Positions 35,959-44,490 of a DNA stretch of 47,122 nt are shown here, piece by piece (the stretch's first letter is position 1; each line of letters starts with the position of its first letter). Origin of the DNA: an uncultured Candidatus Sericytochromatia bacterium (GTDB lineage: Bacteria; Cyanobacteriota; Sericytochromatia; UBA7694); contig CAZRFI010000001.1 of NCBI GenBank assembly GCA_964598905.1, positions 24,341-71,462 on the forward strand, in the 5' to 3' direction. Position numbers and translations under genes: made by a program. The notes under the pieces are model-generated. The model saw only the letters and a list, made by a program, of their open reading frames with translations. It had not been told where the DNA came from and did not search any database.

Positions 35959-37866
35959 TTAAACCAGGGCATCCAACTCGTTCTGTGCTTCGCGCCAAAT
36001 GATTAAAGCCTGTTCATATTCAGATTCGAGTTCCGCCTTTTTGCCAGAATCCACCGTTTGGGCCAACAATGCCTCGAGATTTTGGCAGGCCTTTTCCAAA
36101 CCCGGCAATTTTTTCTCCAACTGCTGGCGTTTGCGCTTGAGTGCCTTTTGAGCCTCGTAGGCCTCTTTACCGCTCAAAGCAGGTGAGGCTTGTTTCTCGG
36201 CCTGTTTTTCAGATTTGGCGGCTTCCGTCTGTTGGCTTAGAACCGTGCGCTCTTTGAGAGAGACATCGCGACTGAGGTGATCTGTACCGTATTTTTCCAG
36301 ATATTCAGCATAAGTGCCTTTGTAGTCGAGAAAGCCCTCAGGTTTGACTTCAAGAATACGGGTCGCCACCCGCGATACAAAATAGCGGTTATGACTGACC
36401 AGAATCAAGGTGCCAGTGTATTGTGCCAGGGCTTCGGTCAACATATCTATGGCTTCAAGATCCAAGTGGTTGGTGGGTTCGTCCAAAAGCAGGACATTGC
36501 TGGGTTCAAGCATCAGCTTGGCAAAGATCAGCCTGGTTGCTTCACCCCCACTGAGGATCGTCAGCTTATTTTTGACATCGTCGCCCGAAAATAACATCCG
36601 ACCGAGTAAATTGCGAATCTGACCCACTGGAGCGGTGGCATCAAAGCCATAGAGCCAATCAAAACAGGTTTGATTGCCCTTGAGCAAATCGTGATAATCC
36701 TGAGGAAAATAACCTGGGCGGGCTTCATGGCCCCAGGTTACCGTGCCCGAATCGGGGGCCAAGAGCTCCATCATGATTTTGAGCAAGGTGGATTTGCCCA
36801 CACCGTTGGGGCCAATAATGGCCAAGCGATCACCCCGTTCGATTTCGACATCGAGATTGCGAATAACCTGTTTATCCTCAAAGGATTTAGACAAATTCTG
36901 AACAGCCAAAGGAATGCGCCCCGAAGTCACATTGGGTTTAAATTCAAAGGTCGGGTAGCGACGCGAAGAGGGAGTAACCTGGATATCTTCCATTTTTTCG
37001 AGTTTTTTAACCCGCGATTGGGCCTGCGAAGCCCAACTGGCATTGGCTTTGAAACGTGAAATAAAGGCCTGCATATCCTCTTTTTTCTTTTCTTGGTTGG
37101 CAATCGCCCGTTCGGTTTGATCTTGGGCCAGCTCTTTGGCGGCCAAAAAAGCGTCATAATTGCCGGTATACATGCGAATGGTGCCGAAGTCGATATCCAA
37201 GATATGGCTACAGACCGAATTGAGAAATTCACGGTCATGGGAAACCACAATTAAGAGACCAGGAAAACTGCGCAAATGTTCTTCGAGCCATTTAATCGAG
37301 AAAATATCCAAGTGATTGGTGGGTTCATCCAAGAGCAGCATTTCGGGTTGACTAAAGAGCAATTGGGCCATCAAAACCCGCAATTTATACCCCCCAGAGA
37401 GAGTCTTTAGCTGCTGTTCATGTAATTCGGTGGGTATACCCAAGCCATCGAGCAGACGCGCCGCATCACTCTCTGCGCTATAGCCATCCAATTGAATGAT
37501 TGTGTCTTCGGCCTCGGCGTAGCGCTCTGCGTCGAGCAAGTCCATTTGTGGCTTGCTTGAGAGTTCATCTTGAACCAAGCGGGCTTCCCAGAGTTTGGGA
37601 CGGCCTTGAATCACGGTGTCGATAATCCGGCAATTTTCAAATGCAAAATGGTCCTGACGCAAATAGCCCAACGACGCATGTTTGGGCCAATTGACCTGAC
37701 CGCTGTATTCCTGGGTTTGGCTGGTGAGAATTTTAAGTAAAGTAGATTTGCCGGTGCCATTGGCCCCGACCAAACCATAACAATGGCCTGGAAAGAGTTG
37801 AAAATTGACGCCCTGAAAGAGGACGCGATCGGCAAATTCAAGCGTGAGATTGTTGATTTCTAGCAT
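35959..37866 (-). CDS. ABC-F family ATPase (YheS/Uup-like, two ABC domains plus C-terminal coiled coil)
   Basis: 635 aa with two Walker A motifs (GANGTGKST, GPNGVGKST), two signatures (LSGGYKLRV, LSGGEATRL), an inter-domain linker, no TM domain and a Lys/Glu-rich C-terminal tail. Confidence 0.9.
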   Translation of the reverse strand: MLEINNLTLEFADRVLFQGVNFQLFPGHCYGLVGANGTGKSTLLKILTSQTQEYSGQVNWPKHASLGYLRQDHFAFENCRIIDTVIQGRPKLWEARLVQDELSSKPQMDLLDAERYAEAEDTIIQLDGYSAESDAARLLDGLGIPTELHEQQLKTLSGGYKLRVLMAQLLFSQPEMLLLDEPTNHLDIFSIKWLEEHLRSFPGLLIVVSHDREFLNSVCSHILDIDFGTIRMYTGNYDAFLAAKELAQDQTERAIANQEKKKEDMQAFISRFKANASWASQAQSRVKKLEKMEDIQVTPSSRRYPTFEFKPNVTSGRIPLAVQNLSKSFEDKQVIRNLDVEIERGDRLAIIGPNGVGKSTLLKIMMELLAPDSGTVTWGHEARPGYFPQDYHDLLKGNQTCFDWLYGFDATAPVGQIRNLLGRMLFSGDDVKNKLTILSGGEATRLIFAKLMLEPSNVLLLDEPTNHLDLEAIDMLTEALAQYTGTLILVSHNRYFVSRVATRILEVKPEGFLDYKGTYAEYLEKYGTDHLSRDVSLKERTVLSQQTEAAKSEKQAEKQASPALSGKEAYEAQKALKRKRQQLEKKLPGLEKACQNLEALLAQTVDSGKKAELESEYEQALIIWREAQNELDALV

Positions 37867-37991
37867 GGTGAATATCCTGTATGGGTTGGCTCTATCTGGC
37901 TCTACTTTAACAAACCTGAACCACTTTGGCAGTATTTAGCCCAGCGAGAGTGATGGACCTGGGGCAGCAATTGGCTTCGGGCAGAGGTACG

Positions 37992-38000
37992 TGGTAAGAT
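37992..38000 (+). promoter_or_regulatory. Extended -10 element TGGTAAGAT
   Basis: TGnTAnGAT, 46 nt upstream of the eutN-like ATG. Confidence 0.4.
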
Positions 38001-38045
38001 GCCTGCTGGAATCTTGCACTGAAAATAGAAGGGGAAAAAGCACCC

Positions 38046-38327
38046 ATGCAATTGGCAATCGTGGTGGGCAATGTGGTGGCCAGCCGCAAAGAAGAGAGCC
38101 TCAAAGGCATCAAATTGATGATCGTGCAAAAAGTCAACGCTCAGAACACCCCCACCGGCGCTCCTTTTATTGCGATAGATGCCACCACCCAAGCGGGTGT
38201 GGGAGATCTGGTCTTTATTGAAAGTGGACGCGAGGCGGCCCTGGGTATTCCTGGCTGGTTTAACCCTGCAGATCAGGCCATTCTGGGGATTGTCGATCAG
38301 GTTCATGTGGAAGCTGTGGCAAACTGA
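38046..38327 (+). CDS. Bacterial microcompartment vertex (BMC-P) protein, EutN/CcmL family
   Basis: 93 aa, collinear with EutN/CcmL (MQLAIVVGNVVAS..KLMIVQ..AIDATTQAGVGDLVFIESG..AILGIVDQV). Confidence 0.85.
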   Translation: MQLAIVVGNVVASRKEESLKGIKLMIVQKVNAQNTPTGAPFIAIDATTQAGVGDLVFIESGREAALGIPGWFNPADQAILGIVDQVHVEAVAN

Positions 38328-38410
38328 TTCCCACCAAGAGATCAGCCACTTCTTTGAGTTCTGAGGGCAGATCGGTAAAAGTCACAACGCCATCATCATC
38401 GACGAAGATC

Positions 38411-38614
38411 TCAATACTGTTGGTTTTGGACCCGATTGTCTGATTGGATTTGTCCGGTATAATATTCACTTTTAAACCGCCGCTCCTGAACTTTTCCCAG
38501 GGCATCTTCCAAGAAAGCAGTTAAATCTGTGCAGACGGGCCCCTGAGCGCCCATTACCTCAATCAGAATTTCGCCAGTGGGATCGATGCGAATTTGAAAT
38601 TCAGCCTGACTCAT
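38411..38614 (-). CDS. DUF2997-family small protein
   Basis: 67 aa with the pattern I..IDPTGEILIEV.G..GP.C..LT..LE.ALG....R..KSEYY, typical of DUF2997 as I recall it. Confidence 0.6.
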   Translation of the reverse strand: MSQAEFQIRIDPTGEILIEVMGAQGPVCTDLTAFLEDALGKVQERRFKSEYYTGQIQSDNRVQNQQY

Positions 38615-38695
38615 TTAACTCTCCTTCAGAAATTGCCTGATAATGCCTACTTCCACTTAAACATATTCAGAGGCCAAGGTTCAAGCGCTTTGTGC

Positions 38696-40306
38696 TTAAG
38701 CACTTGGAGTGGTATCCGAAGTTTCCAGCCCCCACTCCTTGATACGTAAAAATGCTGCGAGATAATCTTCAAAATTCCCTGTGTCTGCAGCTTCAATTTC
38801 AGCCTGCTTTTTCAGAGAGTTTTGCACCATTTGCTTAAAAGTGCTTTCGTCTGAGACAGAGAGTTCATATGTTTTTAATTGGCTCATATGCGACTTGGAA
38901 AGGGCTGTCATCCACTCAGTAAAGGGCTGACCACTGGCCTGAAAATCTGCCAGCACTTGGGCCGAAGGCGTGCGATCGGGGTCATCAAGTTTGGCCCGTT
39001 CACGCGCCAAAAGCGGCCCATAGAGAGGTAAATCACGGTTTTTATCCAAGCTTTGGGCCAAGGGTTCAAGGGCCTCAAAAATCGAGTAACCCCAGTCCTT
39101 GAGAGAGATACTGCCCTCTGGGCGCAGTAGACGCATGCCCTGTTGCCTACCTTGTATGGCAACCCAATGCTGGTTTTCATTCACCAATTCAAGCTCTGCA
39201 CTGCCAATCGGAGGATTGGGGTCGAGCAAACAATGCAATAAAAAGAGTCTGACAAAATTTAATTGGTCGGCAGAAACCCCCAGCAAATCAAACGGATTTA
39301 CATCCAAAGCTCGAACCTCGACATAGCCAATGCCCCGGCCACGCAAGGCCGTAAAGGGACGTTCTCCTGGCAAGGGTGGCTGCTTGGGACGAATCAAAGC
39401 ATAGTGCTCATTTTCAATCTGCAAAATATGGGTATTGAGTTGCAGGTATTCTCCATTTTGGGTCTTGTCAAAGCGCAGAAAACTGCTGCACTCGCTGTTG
39501 ATGGCTTTGTAAAGTCCCGCCAGGTATTCGGTTAAGCTGTTGTAATTGATCGAGTAGGTGCAGCGATTGGAATTGACATAACCCAATCGGCTCATGCGCA
39601 GCGATGTTGCCATTGGGCCATAAAGGGCCTTGTCGTTGCGAATCACTTCGGGCATCTCGCGGGCTTCAAAAACCGGGTCCGCCAGGGGTGCTGCACCAAA
39701 GAGATAAGCCAAAAGCCAACATTGGCGTAAATAATTGCGCATGAGACCGAGGTAATTTTCAGAAATAAAATTTGGAAGGCTGGATCGGGTTTGCACCTGA
39801 TCATAGATAAATTGCCAAAAGTCCATGTGGAAAGAATAGTTGAAATGGATGCCTGAGATAACCTGCATTTGTTTGCCATAGCGATGGGCCAAGCCGTTGC
39901 GGTAGATCTCTTTGATCCGCCCCTGGTGGGAAGCGCCAAATTGGGCGATCTGAATCTGATTTTCTTGGAGTGCTGGGGGCATGCTTTGAAACCAAATCTG
40001 TTCATTGACGGGCAAAGTTTGGGCTGCAAAGGCATGTAACCGGGTCTGGTATTCGAGCAGGGAGTCAATCGCTTGAAAGGGGGGGGTAATCAACTCCAAT
40101 TGGGATTCAGCAAAGTCTGTGGTAATTTCTGGGTGAGTCAAGGCAGACCCCAGTGCCAAAGGATGTCCGGTTGAAGCCAAAGTTCCAGTGGGTCCCACAC
40201 GCAGGGCTTCCCGTTCTAGACCCGCCTGGTATTGCTCTAATAAAGCCAATTGAGCAGGCTCGGCAAAAAGATTCAGCCATTCACTGTAGGGGAGAGTATA
40301 CGTCAT
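38696..40306 (-). CDS. gshA: Glutamate--cysteine ligase (E. coli GshA type)
   Basis: 536 aa. The N-terminus GLEREALRV, then PEITTDFAESQLELITPP, YRNGLAHRYGK.MQ.ISGIHFNYS and YVEVRALDVNPF are collinear with proteobacterial GshA. AAAGGTG RBS. Confidence 0.9.
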   Translation of the reverse strand: MTYTLPYSEWLNLFAEPAQLALLEQYQAGLEREALRVGPTGTLASTGHPLALGSALTHPEITTDFAESQLELITPPFQAIDSLLEYQTRLHAFAAQTLPVNEQIWFQSMPPALQENQIQIAQFGASHQGRIKEIYRNGLAHRYGKQMQVISGIHFNYSFHMDFWQFIYDQVQTRSSLPNFISENYLGLMRNYLRQCWLLAYLFGAAPLADPVFEAREMPEVIRNDKALYGPMATSLRMSRLGYVNSNRCTYSINYNSLTEYLAGLYKAINSECSSFLRFDKTQNGEYLQLNTHILQIENEHYALIRPKQPPLPGERPFTALRGRGIGYVEVRALDVNPFDLLGVSADQLNFVRLFLLHCLLDPNPPIGSAELELVNENQHWVAIQGRQQGMRLLRPEGSISLKDWGYSIFEALEPLAQSLDKNRDLPLYGPLLARERAKLDDPDRTPSAQVLADFQASGQPFTEWMTALSKSHMSQLKTYELSVSDESTFKQMVQNSLKKQAEIEAADTGNFEDYLAAFLRIKEWGLETSDTTPSA

Positions 40307-40491
40307 GAAACACCTTTCTCAGCCTGCTGAGATTCACGAATTATTCATTGCAGCAGATAGGCCCTATTATACCTTGGTCTGAATGCGGTTTTCGGTTCTG
40401 GATTTTAGCTTTTAGGCAAGCTAACTGTTCCCTCACAGCTATTACTCGACAGCGAATACCTATTCCAAAGATGTCGTTTGCACCGGTTCTG

Positions 40492-40500
40492 TGGTAAAAT
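40492..40500 (+). promoter_or_regulatory. Extended -10 element TGGTAAAAT
   Basis: TGnTAAAAT, about 120 nt upstream of the FHA gene start inside a 314-nt intergenic gap. Confidence 0.4.
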
Positions 40501-40620
40501 TTTTTTATCATATTCGGCAACAGACAAACCCTCAGTGCTGGCCCTCTGTGCTGGTCGGACTGAATCGCCGATGGTAACGCATAATTTTATGTATTAATGT
40601 ATTAGAACGGGACTCGAACC

Positions 40621-40980
40621 TTGACAGATACAGCAAAACAACCAAAGTCCAAATTGACCATTACCCGGGGAGGCACCCAAGGGAAAGAATTTCATCTGGA
40701 AACAGATGTAATTGCAATCGGACGCTGGGACCCCGATGGCGGTGCGTTCCCAGAGGTAGACCTGACCAATGACGATATCGAAGCCAAGATTTCCCGCAAA
40801 CACGCCAGAATTTTGTTCCAAGAGGGCAAATTTTTGCTTGAAGATATGGGCAGTCTCAATGGAACGTATATCAATCGCGGTCCACGTTTGATTCCGGGTG
40901 AACCTCAAGAAATCAAACACGCCGATGAGCTGATCATGGGCAAAACCTTTTTTAAATTTGACATCGAAGGCGCAGAATAA
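40621..40980 (+). CDS. FHA-domain protein
   Basis: 119 aa with a TTG start. FHA signature: IGR......DL..D..ISRKHARI....GKFLLEDMGSLNGTYIN. Confidence 0.8.
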   Translation: MTDTAKQPKSKLTITRGGTQGKEFHLETDVIAIGRWDPDGGAFPEVDLTNDDIEAKISRKHARILFQEGKFLLEDMGSLNGTYINRGPRLIPGEPQEIKHADELIMGKTFFKFDIEGAE

Positions 40981-41056
40981 TCCCTCCTGTTTGGGTAATC
41001 TGTTCTTGTCCCTGAGCCACAGTCTGGGTATTCCGTATTTTTATGAAAGACCCCTG

Positions 41057-41065
41057 TGTTACAAT
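41057..41065 (+). promoter_or_regulatory. Extended -10 element TGTTACAAT
   Basis: TGnTACAAT, 39 nt upstream of the HD-GYP gene ATG. Confidence 0.4.
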
Positions 41066-41103
41066 CAGAGTGAATGTATCAAAGAGGTTGACTCCGGCCC
41101 ACC

Positions 41104-42390
41104 ATGCCCCGCAATAATGCCCTGATTTCTCAATTCATCCGCGGTGAAGAACGGCGACAGTTCAAAGATATTATCAAAGCCTTGGCTTTGGTGATTGACT
41201 TAGCCGAAGGTTACGATGCCCAACATGGGTATAATGTGGCCCTCAGTTCTGTTCAATTAGGCAAATACATGGGCCTGGGCCCAGACAAATTGCGCAACCT
41301 TTTTTACGCTGGCCTCTTACACGATGTTGGCGAGGTGGGGTTTCCAAAAGAAACCGAAGACTATGACTATTTTGAGTGGCAAGATAATCCATACATCCGT
41401 CCCCATCCCCTGATTGGTGAAGCCATCGTCTCACACTTGCCAACCCTCAAGCAAGCTGGCGAAATTATTCGTTCTCACCATGAGTCTTGGGATGGTACTG
41501 GTTACCCAGACAAGCTCAAAGCTGACAATATTCCGATAGAATCTCAAATTCTGGGCCTGTGTGATACCTTCGATGTGGCCGGTTCTGTATACGCCGATAA
41601 ATCGACCCTGAGTCAGCGCTTAAGCCCCGTCTTGCGCAAGCGCTTTTCACCGGATGTGATTCAGTACTTTAAAAAAATGCTCGCCGAGGCAGAACTCTGG
41701 GGGGCGCGCAATTTTAACCAAATGGCCTGGCAAGAACTGGGGATCGATGCGGTGGATTTGGCGCTATTGCTCGATGTCGAAGTGGACTATTTTAAAGTCA
41801 CACTCAAGACCTTTGCCCACGTCATTGACGCCAAACACCAATACACCAAAGGCCACTCTCTGCGGGTAGGGGCCCTTTCGCGCCGAATCGCCTTGGAAAT
41901 GGGTTTCGTTGAAGAAGAAGCCTCCACAATTGAGCGTGCAGGCTTTTTGCACGACGCGGGTAAAGTGGGAATTTCGCGCTGTATATTAGACAAGCCGGGT
42001 CCCTTAACAGATGTCGAATATGGCCGCATCAAGGCCCATCCGGGTATGTCTTCAGCTTTGCTCAAAACAGTGCAATGCCTGAGTGATCACGCCCCCTTGG
42101 TACGCCACCACCATGAGCGGTTCGATGGGTTTGGTTATCCAGATAAACTTAAGGCCGAAGATATCCCGATCGGCAGCCGGGTTTTGGCTGTGGCGGATAC
42201 CTATGACGCCATGACCAGCGACCGGGCCTATCGTCAAGGCCTGCCCGATCGGGTGGCCCGTGAAGAAATCATCAAATACAGTGGCAAAATGTACGACCCC
42301 GATGTGGTTGAGGCCTTTCTCAAAATCAGCGGCGAAGAAATTCGCCAGATCTTTACCGAAGCTGAGCAAAGCTCCTCACTCATCTATTAA
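41104..42390 (+). CDS. Tandem HD-GYP domain protein (putative c-di-GMP phosphodiesterase)
   Basis: 428 aa with two HD-GYP units. Unit 1 shows HGYNVA..LLHDVGEVG..HHESWDGTGYPDKL. Unit 2 shows HSLRVG..FLHDAGKVG..HHERFDGFGYPDKL..ADTYDAMTSDRAYR. Unit 1 lacks the Lys of HDxGK and the DAMxSxRxYR tail. Confidence 0.85.
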   Translation: MPRNNALISQFIRGEERRQFKDIIKALALVIDLAEGYDAQHGYNVALSSVQLGKYMGLGPDKLRNLFYAGLLHDVGEVGFPKETEDYDYFEWQDNPYIRPHPLIGEAIVSHLPTLKQAGEIIRSHHESWDGTGYPDKLKADNIPIESQILGLCDTFDVAGSVYADKSTLSQRLSPVLRKRFSPDVIQYFKKMLAEAELWGARNFNQMAWQELGIDAVDLALLLDVEVDYFKVTLKTFAHVIDAKHQYTKGHSLRVGALSRRIALEMGFVEEEASTIERAGFLHDAGKVGISRCILDKPGPLTDVEYGRIKAHPGMSSALLKTVQCLSDHAPLVRHHHERFDGFGYPDKLKAEDIPIGSRVLAVADTYDAMTSDRAYRQGLPDRVAREEIIKYSGKMYDPDVVEAFLKISGEEIRQIFTEAEQSSSLIY

Positions 42391-42403
42391 TCAGCTCTGG
42401 GGA

Positions 42404-43144
42404 TTAAATCTTGAGATGCATTAAGAAATAGTTCATTTTCTTGCGCCACCAGGGCCAATCGTGGTTGACATCATGTCCCCAATAGTCAATCCAAGCCGGT
42501 ATCTCTAGGTGGATCAAAATTCGCTCCAATTGGTGGGTGTCTTCGAGCATTTTGTCTTCCCATGCCCCTTGACCGACCGAGACGATGATTTGACTTTCCC
42601 GCAAGAGTTTGAGTTGTTTGGGATCTTTTAAGCCACGCAGATAAAAGAGCGGGGTGTGATAAAAGACCTGGCTGTCCATATAATCGCCAATAAACAGTTG
42701 TAGGTCATAGACCCCACTGATCGCCAAGAGTGAATCAAAGACATCTGGGTGGCGAAAAAAGAAATTGGCCGAATGATACCCGCCCATTGAACAGCCCGTG
42801 GTTAAAATCCGCTCAGGATGACCTGGGTTGTTTTCTCGGATAAAAGGCAAGACCTCATTAATCACATAGCTTTCGTATTGCTCGTAACGCGCCACTCTGG
42901 CTGGTACTGACAAATGGGGATGGGTCCAGCTTTGGGCATCAATGCCATCAACTGTGTAAATTTGCAGCCGTCCCGCTTCAATATAGGGCTTGCAGACTTC
43001 AACCATACCAAAGTCCTCAAATTCAAAAAAGCGCCCTTCTTGCGTTGGGAATACCAGCATCGGCTTGCCCGAACTGCCATAGACTTTGAGTTCCATCTCT
43101 TGTCCCAATTTGGGACTCCACCAGCGGTGGTATCCAATGTGCAT
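42404..43144 (-). CDS. Esterase-family (alpha/beta hydrolase, esterase D-like) protein
   Basis: 246 aa with the nucleophile elbow GCSMGGYHS. The N-terminal pattern WSPKLGQEMELKVYG..GKPMLVFPT is typical of the putative-esterase family. Confidence 0.7.
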   Translation of the reverse strand: MHIGYHRWWSPKLGQEMELKVYGSSGKPMLVFPTQEGRFFEFEDFGMVEVCKPYIEAGRLQIYTVDGIDAQSWTHPHLSVPARVARYEQYESYVINEVLPFIRENNPGHPERILTTGCSMGGYHSANFFFRHPDVFDSLLAISGVYDLQLFIGDYMDSQVFYHTPLFYLRGLKDPKQLKLLRESQIIVSVGQGAWEDKMLEDTHQLERILIHLEIPAWIDYWGHDVNHDWPWWRKKMNYFLMHLKI

Positions 43145-43171
43145 GATTATCTCCTTGACTCACAAACAAAT

Positions 43172-43765
43172 CTAAAAAAAGAAACCGGCCTGTCCACCCA
43201 GACTGAAGGTCCCCCCTGGCCAGAGTGCGACTTCGGTTGTCTCTTTGGCTTGATATGGGCTGTTTAAATAGCTCCGCACTTCCAGATTGAGATGCAAACT
43301 GTTGTTCCAACTGTATTCCACCCCAAATCCGCCATGGCCACCCAGTCCAAATGGGGTCAAATCAGGGTTGGCTGAAATCAGGGGATCAATGCCAAGAAAG
43401 AGATAGGGGCGCATCGGCAGGTTATAAGGGGTGTTAATCATAAAGGCCAAACTGCCACTGAATTTAAACAGGGGATACCCTGCCATAGCCGTTTGCAAAC
43501 CATAGAGCAAGCGCCAATTGGGTGAGAGGTCACTAAATCCCGCGAGGCCCATAAATTCGGTTGTTTCACGCCCAAAGGCAATAATCCGTTTGCCTGTACT
43601 GTCAAAGCGCTCGCGTTGTTTGCCCAGAGGAGCAAAAACGGTCTCCTGGGAAAAAGCCAGACCGTGTGCAGCAAACACTGGCTGTGCTGGGATTACAAGC
43701 GAAACAGCACAGCCATAAAATGCTGAAATTCCCAAAACGATGCGTGAGCTGAGCAATGTTCTCAT
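43172..43765 (-). CDS. Small outer-membrane beta-barrel protein
   Basis: 197 aa with a signal peptide (..PVFA/AH), alternating hydrophobic beta-strand pattern, aromatic girdle residues and a C-terminal ..GFFF beta-signal. Its ATG overlaps the stop of the upstream gene (ATGA). Confidence 0.6.
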   Translation of the reverse strand: MRTLLSSRIVLGISAFYGCAVSLVIPAQPVFAAHGLAFSQETVFAPLGKQRERFDSTGKRIIAFGRETTEFMGLAGFSDLSPNWRLLYGLQTAMAGYPLFKFSGSLAFMINTPYNLPMRPYLFLGIDPLISANPDLTPFGLGGHGGFGVEYSWNNSLHLNLEVRSYLNSPYQAKETTEVALWPGGTFSLGGQAGFFF

Positions 43766-44415
43766 TTCGGAACAAAATCCGGGCTAAAATCGCAATCCGC
43801 CAAATGTTGGGTACGGTTAACATAGCGAATATATCGGCGAGTGCCCTCCAAGCCAATCAGACTCAAAGAGGTATTGTCGATACAGATAAACACATTCTCA
43901 GCCGGGGAAACCCCAGCCACAACACCCAAGAGAGCGCGGATAAAACCACCATGGGTGACAATCACTCCCCGAGCCTGGGGCGGTTGACTGGCGACAAACT
44001 GGTCAAGAAAACTGCGGGCCCGATCCCAGAGTAATTCGCGTGATTCACCTTCGGGTACAGCGCTCCAGTCGCGAACTTGTTTAAACTTGGCACAAATTTC
44101 CGGGTGCAATTCCAGAGCCTCGGACCAAGTCAGGCCCGAAAAAATCCCTGAACTAACTTCGATAAGCTGAGCATCGGTGGGTATGTGGGTGATACTCAGC
44201 GCACGGGCAATGGTTTCTGCCGTTTGGTAAGCACGTTTAAGCGGACTGGCTAGAAAAAAATCCGGTGAAGCTTGAGAATAGTGGGTTTTGAGATATTCAG
44301 CAACACAGGCGGCCTGTTGCCGACCCAGATCAGAGAGGGAATAATCTACATGGCCCTGCATGACGCCCCGCAGGTTGCCCTCAGATTCAGCATGTCTGAC
44401 CAGCAATATTTCCAA
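43762..44415 (-). CDS. Histidine phosphatase family protein (phosphoglycerate-mutase-like)
   Basis: RHG motif (LVRHAESEGN) and a second His context (VIVTHGGFIRAL). Confidence 0.85.
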   Translation of the reverse strand: MEILLVRHAESEGNLRGVMQGHVDYSLSDLGRQQAACVAEYLKTHYSQASPDFFLASPLKRAYQTAETIARALSITHIPTDAQLIEVSSGIFSGLTWSEALELHPEICAKFKQVRDWSAVPEGESRELLWDRARSFLDQFVASQPPQARGVIVTHGGFIRALLGVVAGVSPAENVFICIDNTSLSLIGLEGTRRYIRYVNRTQHLADCDFSPDFVPK

Positions 44416-44440
44416 AGCGCAGTGTCCTTCGAATCTTTAT

Positions 44441-44479
44441 AAAAACGGAATCAAACCCGGTGGGAAAACCCCCACCGGG
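44441..44479 (-). terminator. Rho-independent terminator after the ycf23-like gene
   Basis: 9-bp GC-rich stem (cccggtggg 44456-44464 / cccaccggg 44471-44479). On the minus strand it is followed by UUUGAUUCCGUUUUU. Confidence 0.55.
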
Positions 44480-44490
44480 AAAAAGGGAAA

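Noticed and set aside
38260-38505. 81-aa minus-strand ORF (contains a protein-like stretch IEIFVDDDGVVTFTDLPSELKEVADLL).
   Set aside because: It overlaps the 3' end of the well-supported EutN/CcmL gene by 68 nt and the DUF2997 gene by 95 nt. Only about 83 nt lie in the true gap. There is no good start or RBS outside the overlaps. A sequencing frameshift cannot be excluded, but DUF2997 already looks complete, ending after the family-typical ..KSEYY.
40608-40620. GGTTCGAGTCCCG on the minus strand, resembling a tRNA T-arm (a possible tRNA remnant or att-site scar just upstream of the FHA gene).
   Set aside because: The flanks cannot form a T stem, acceptor stem or the rest of a cloverleaf. The sequence differs from the T arm of the tRNA at 14071. 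No integrase or matching direct repeat is present.
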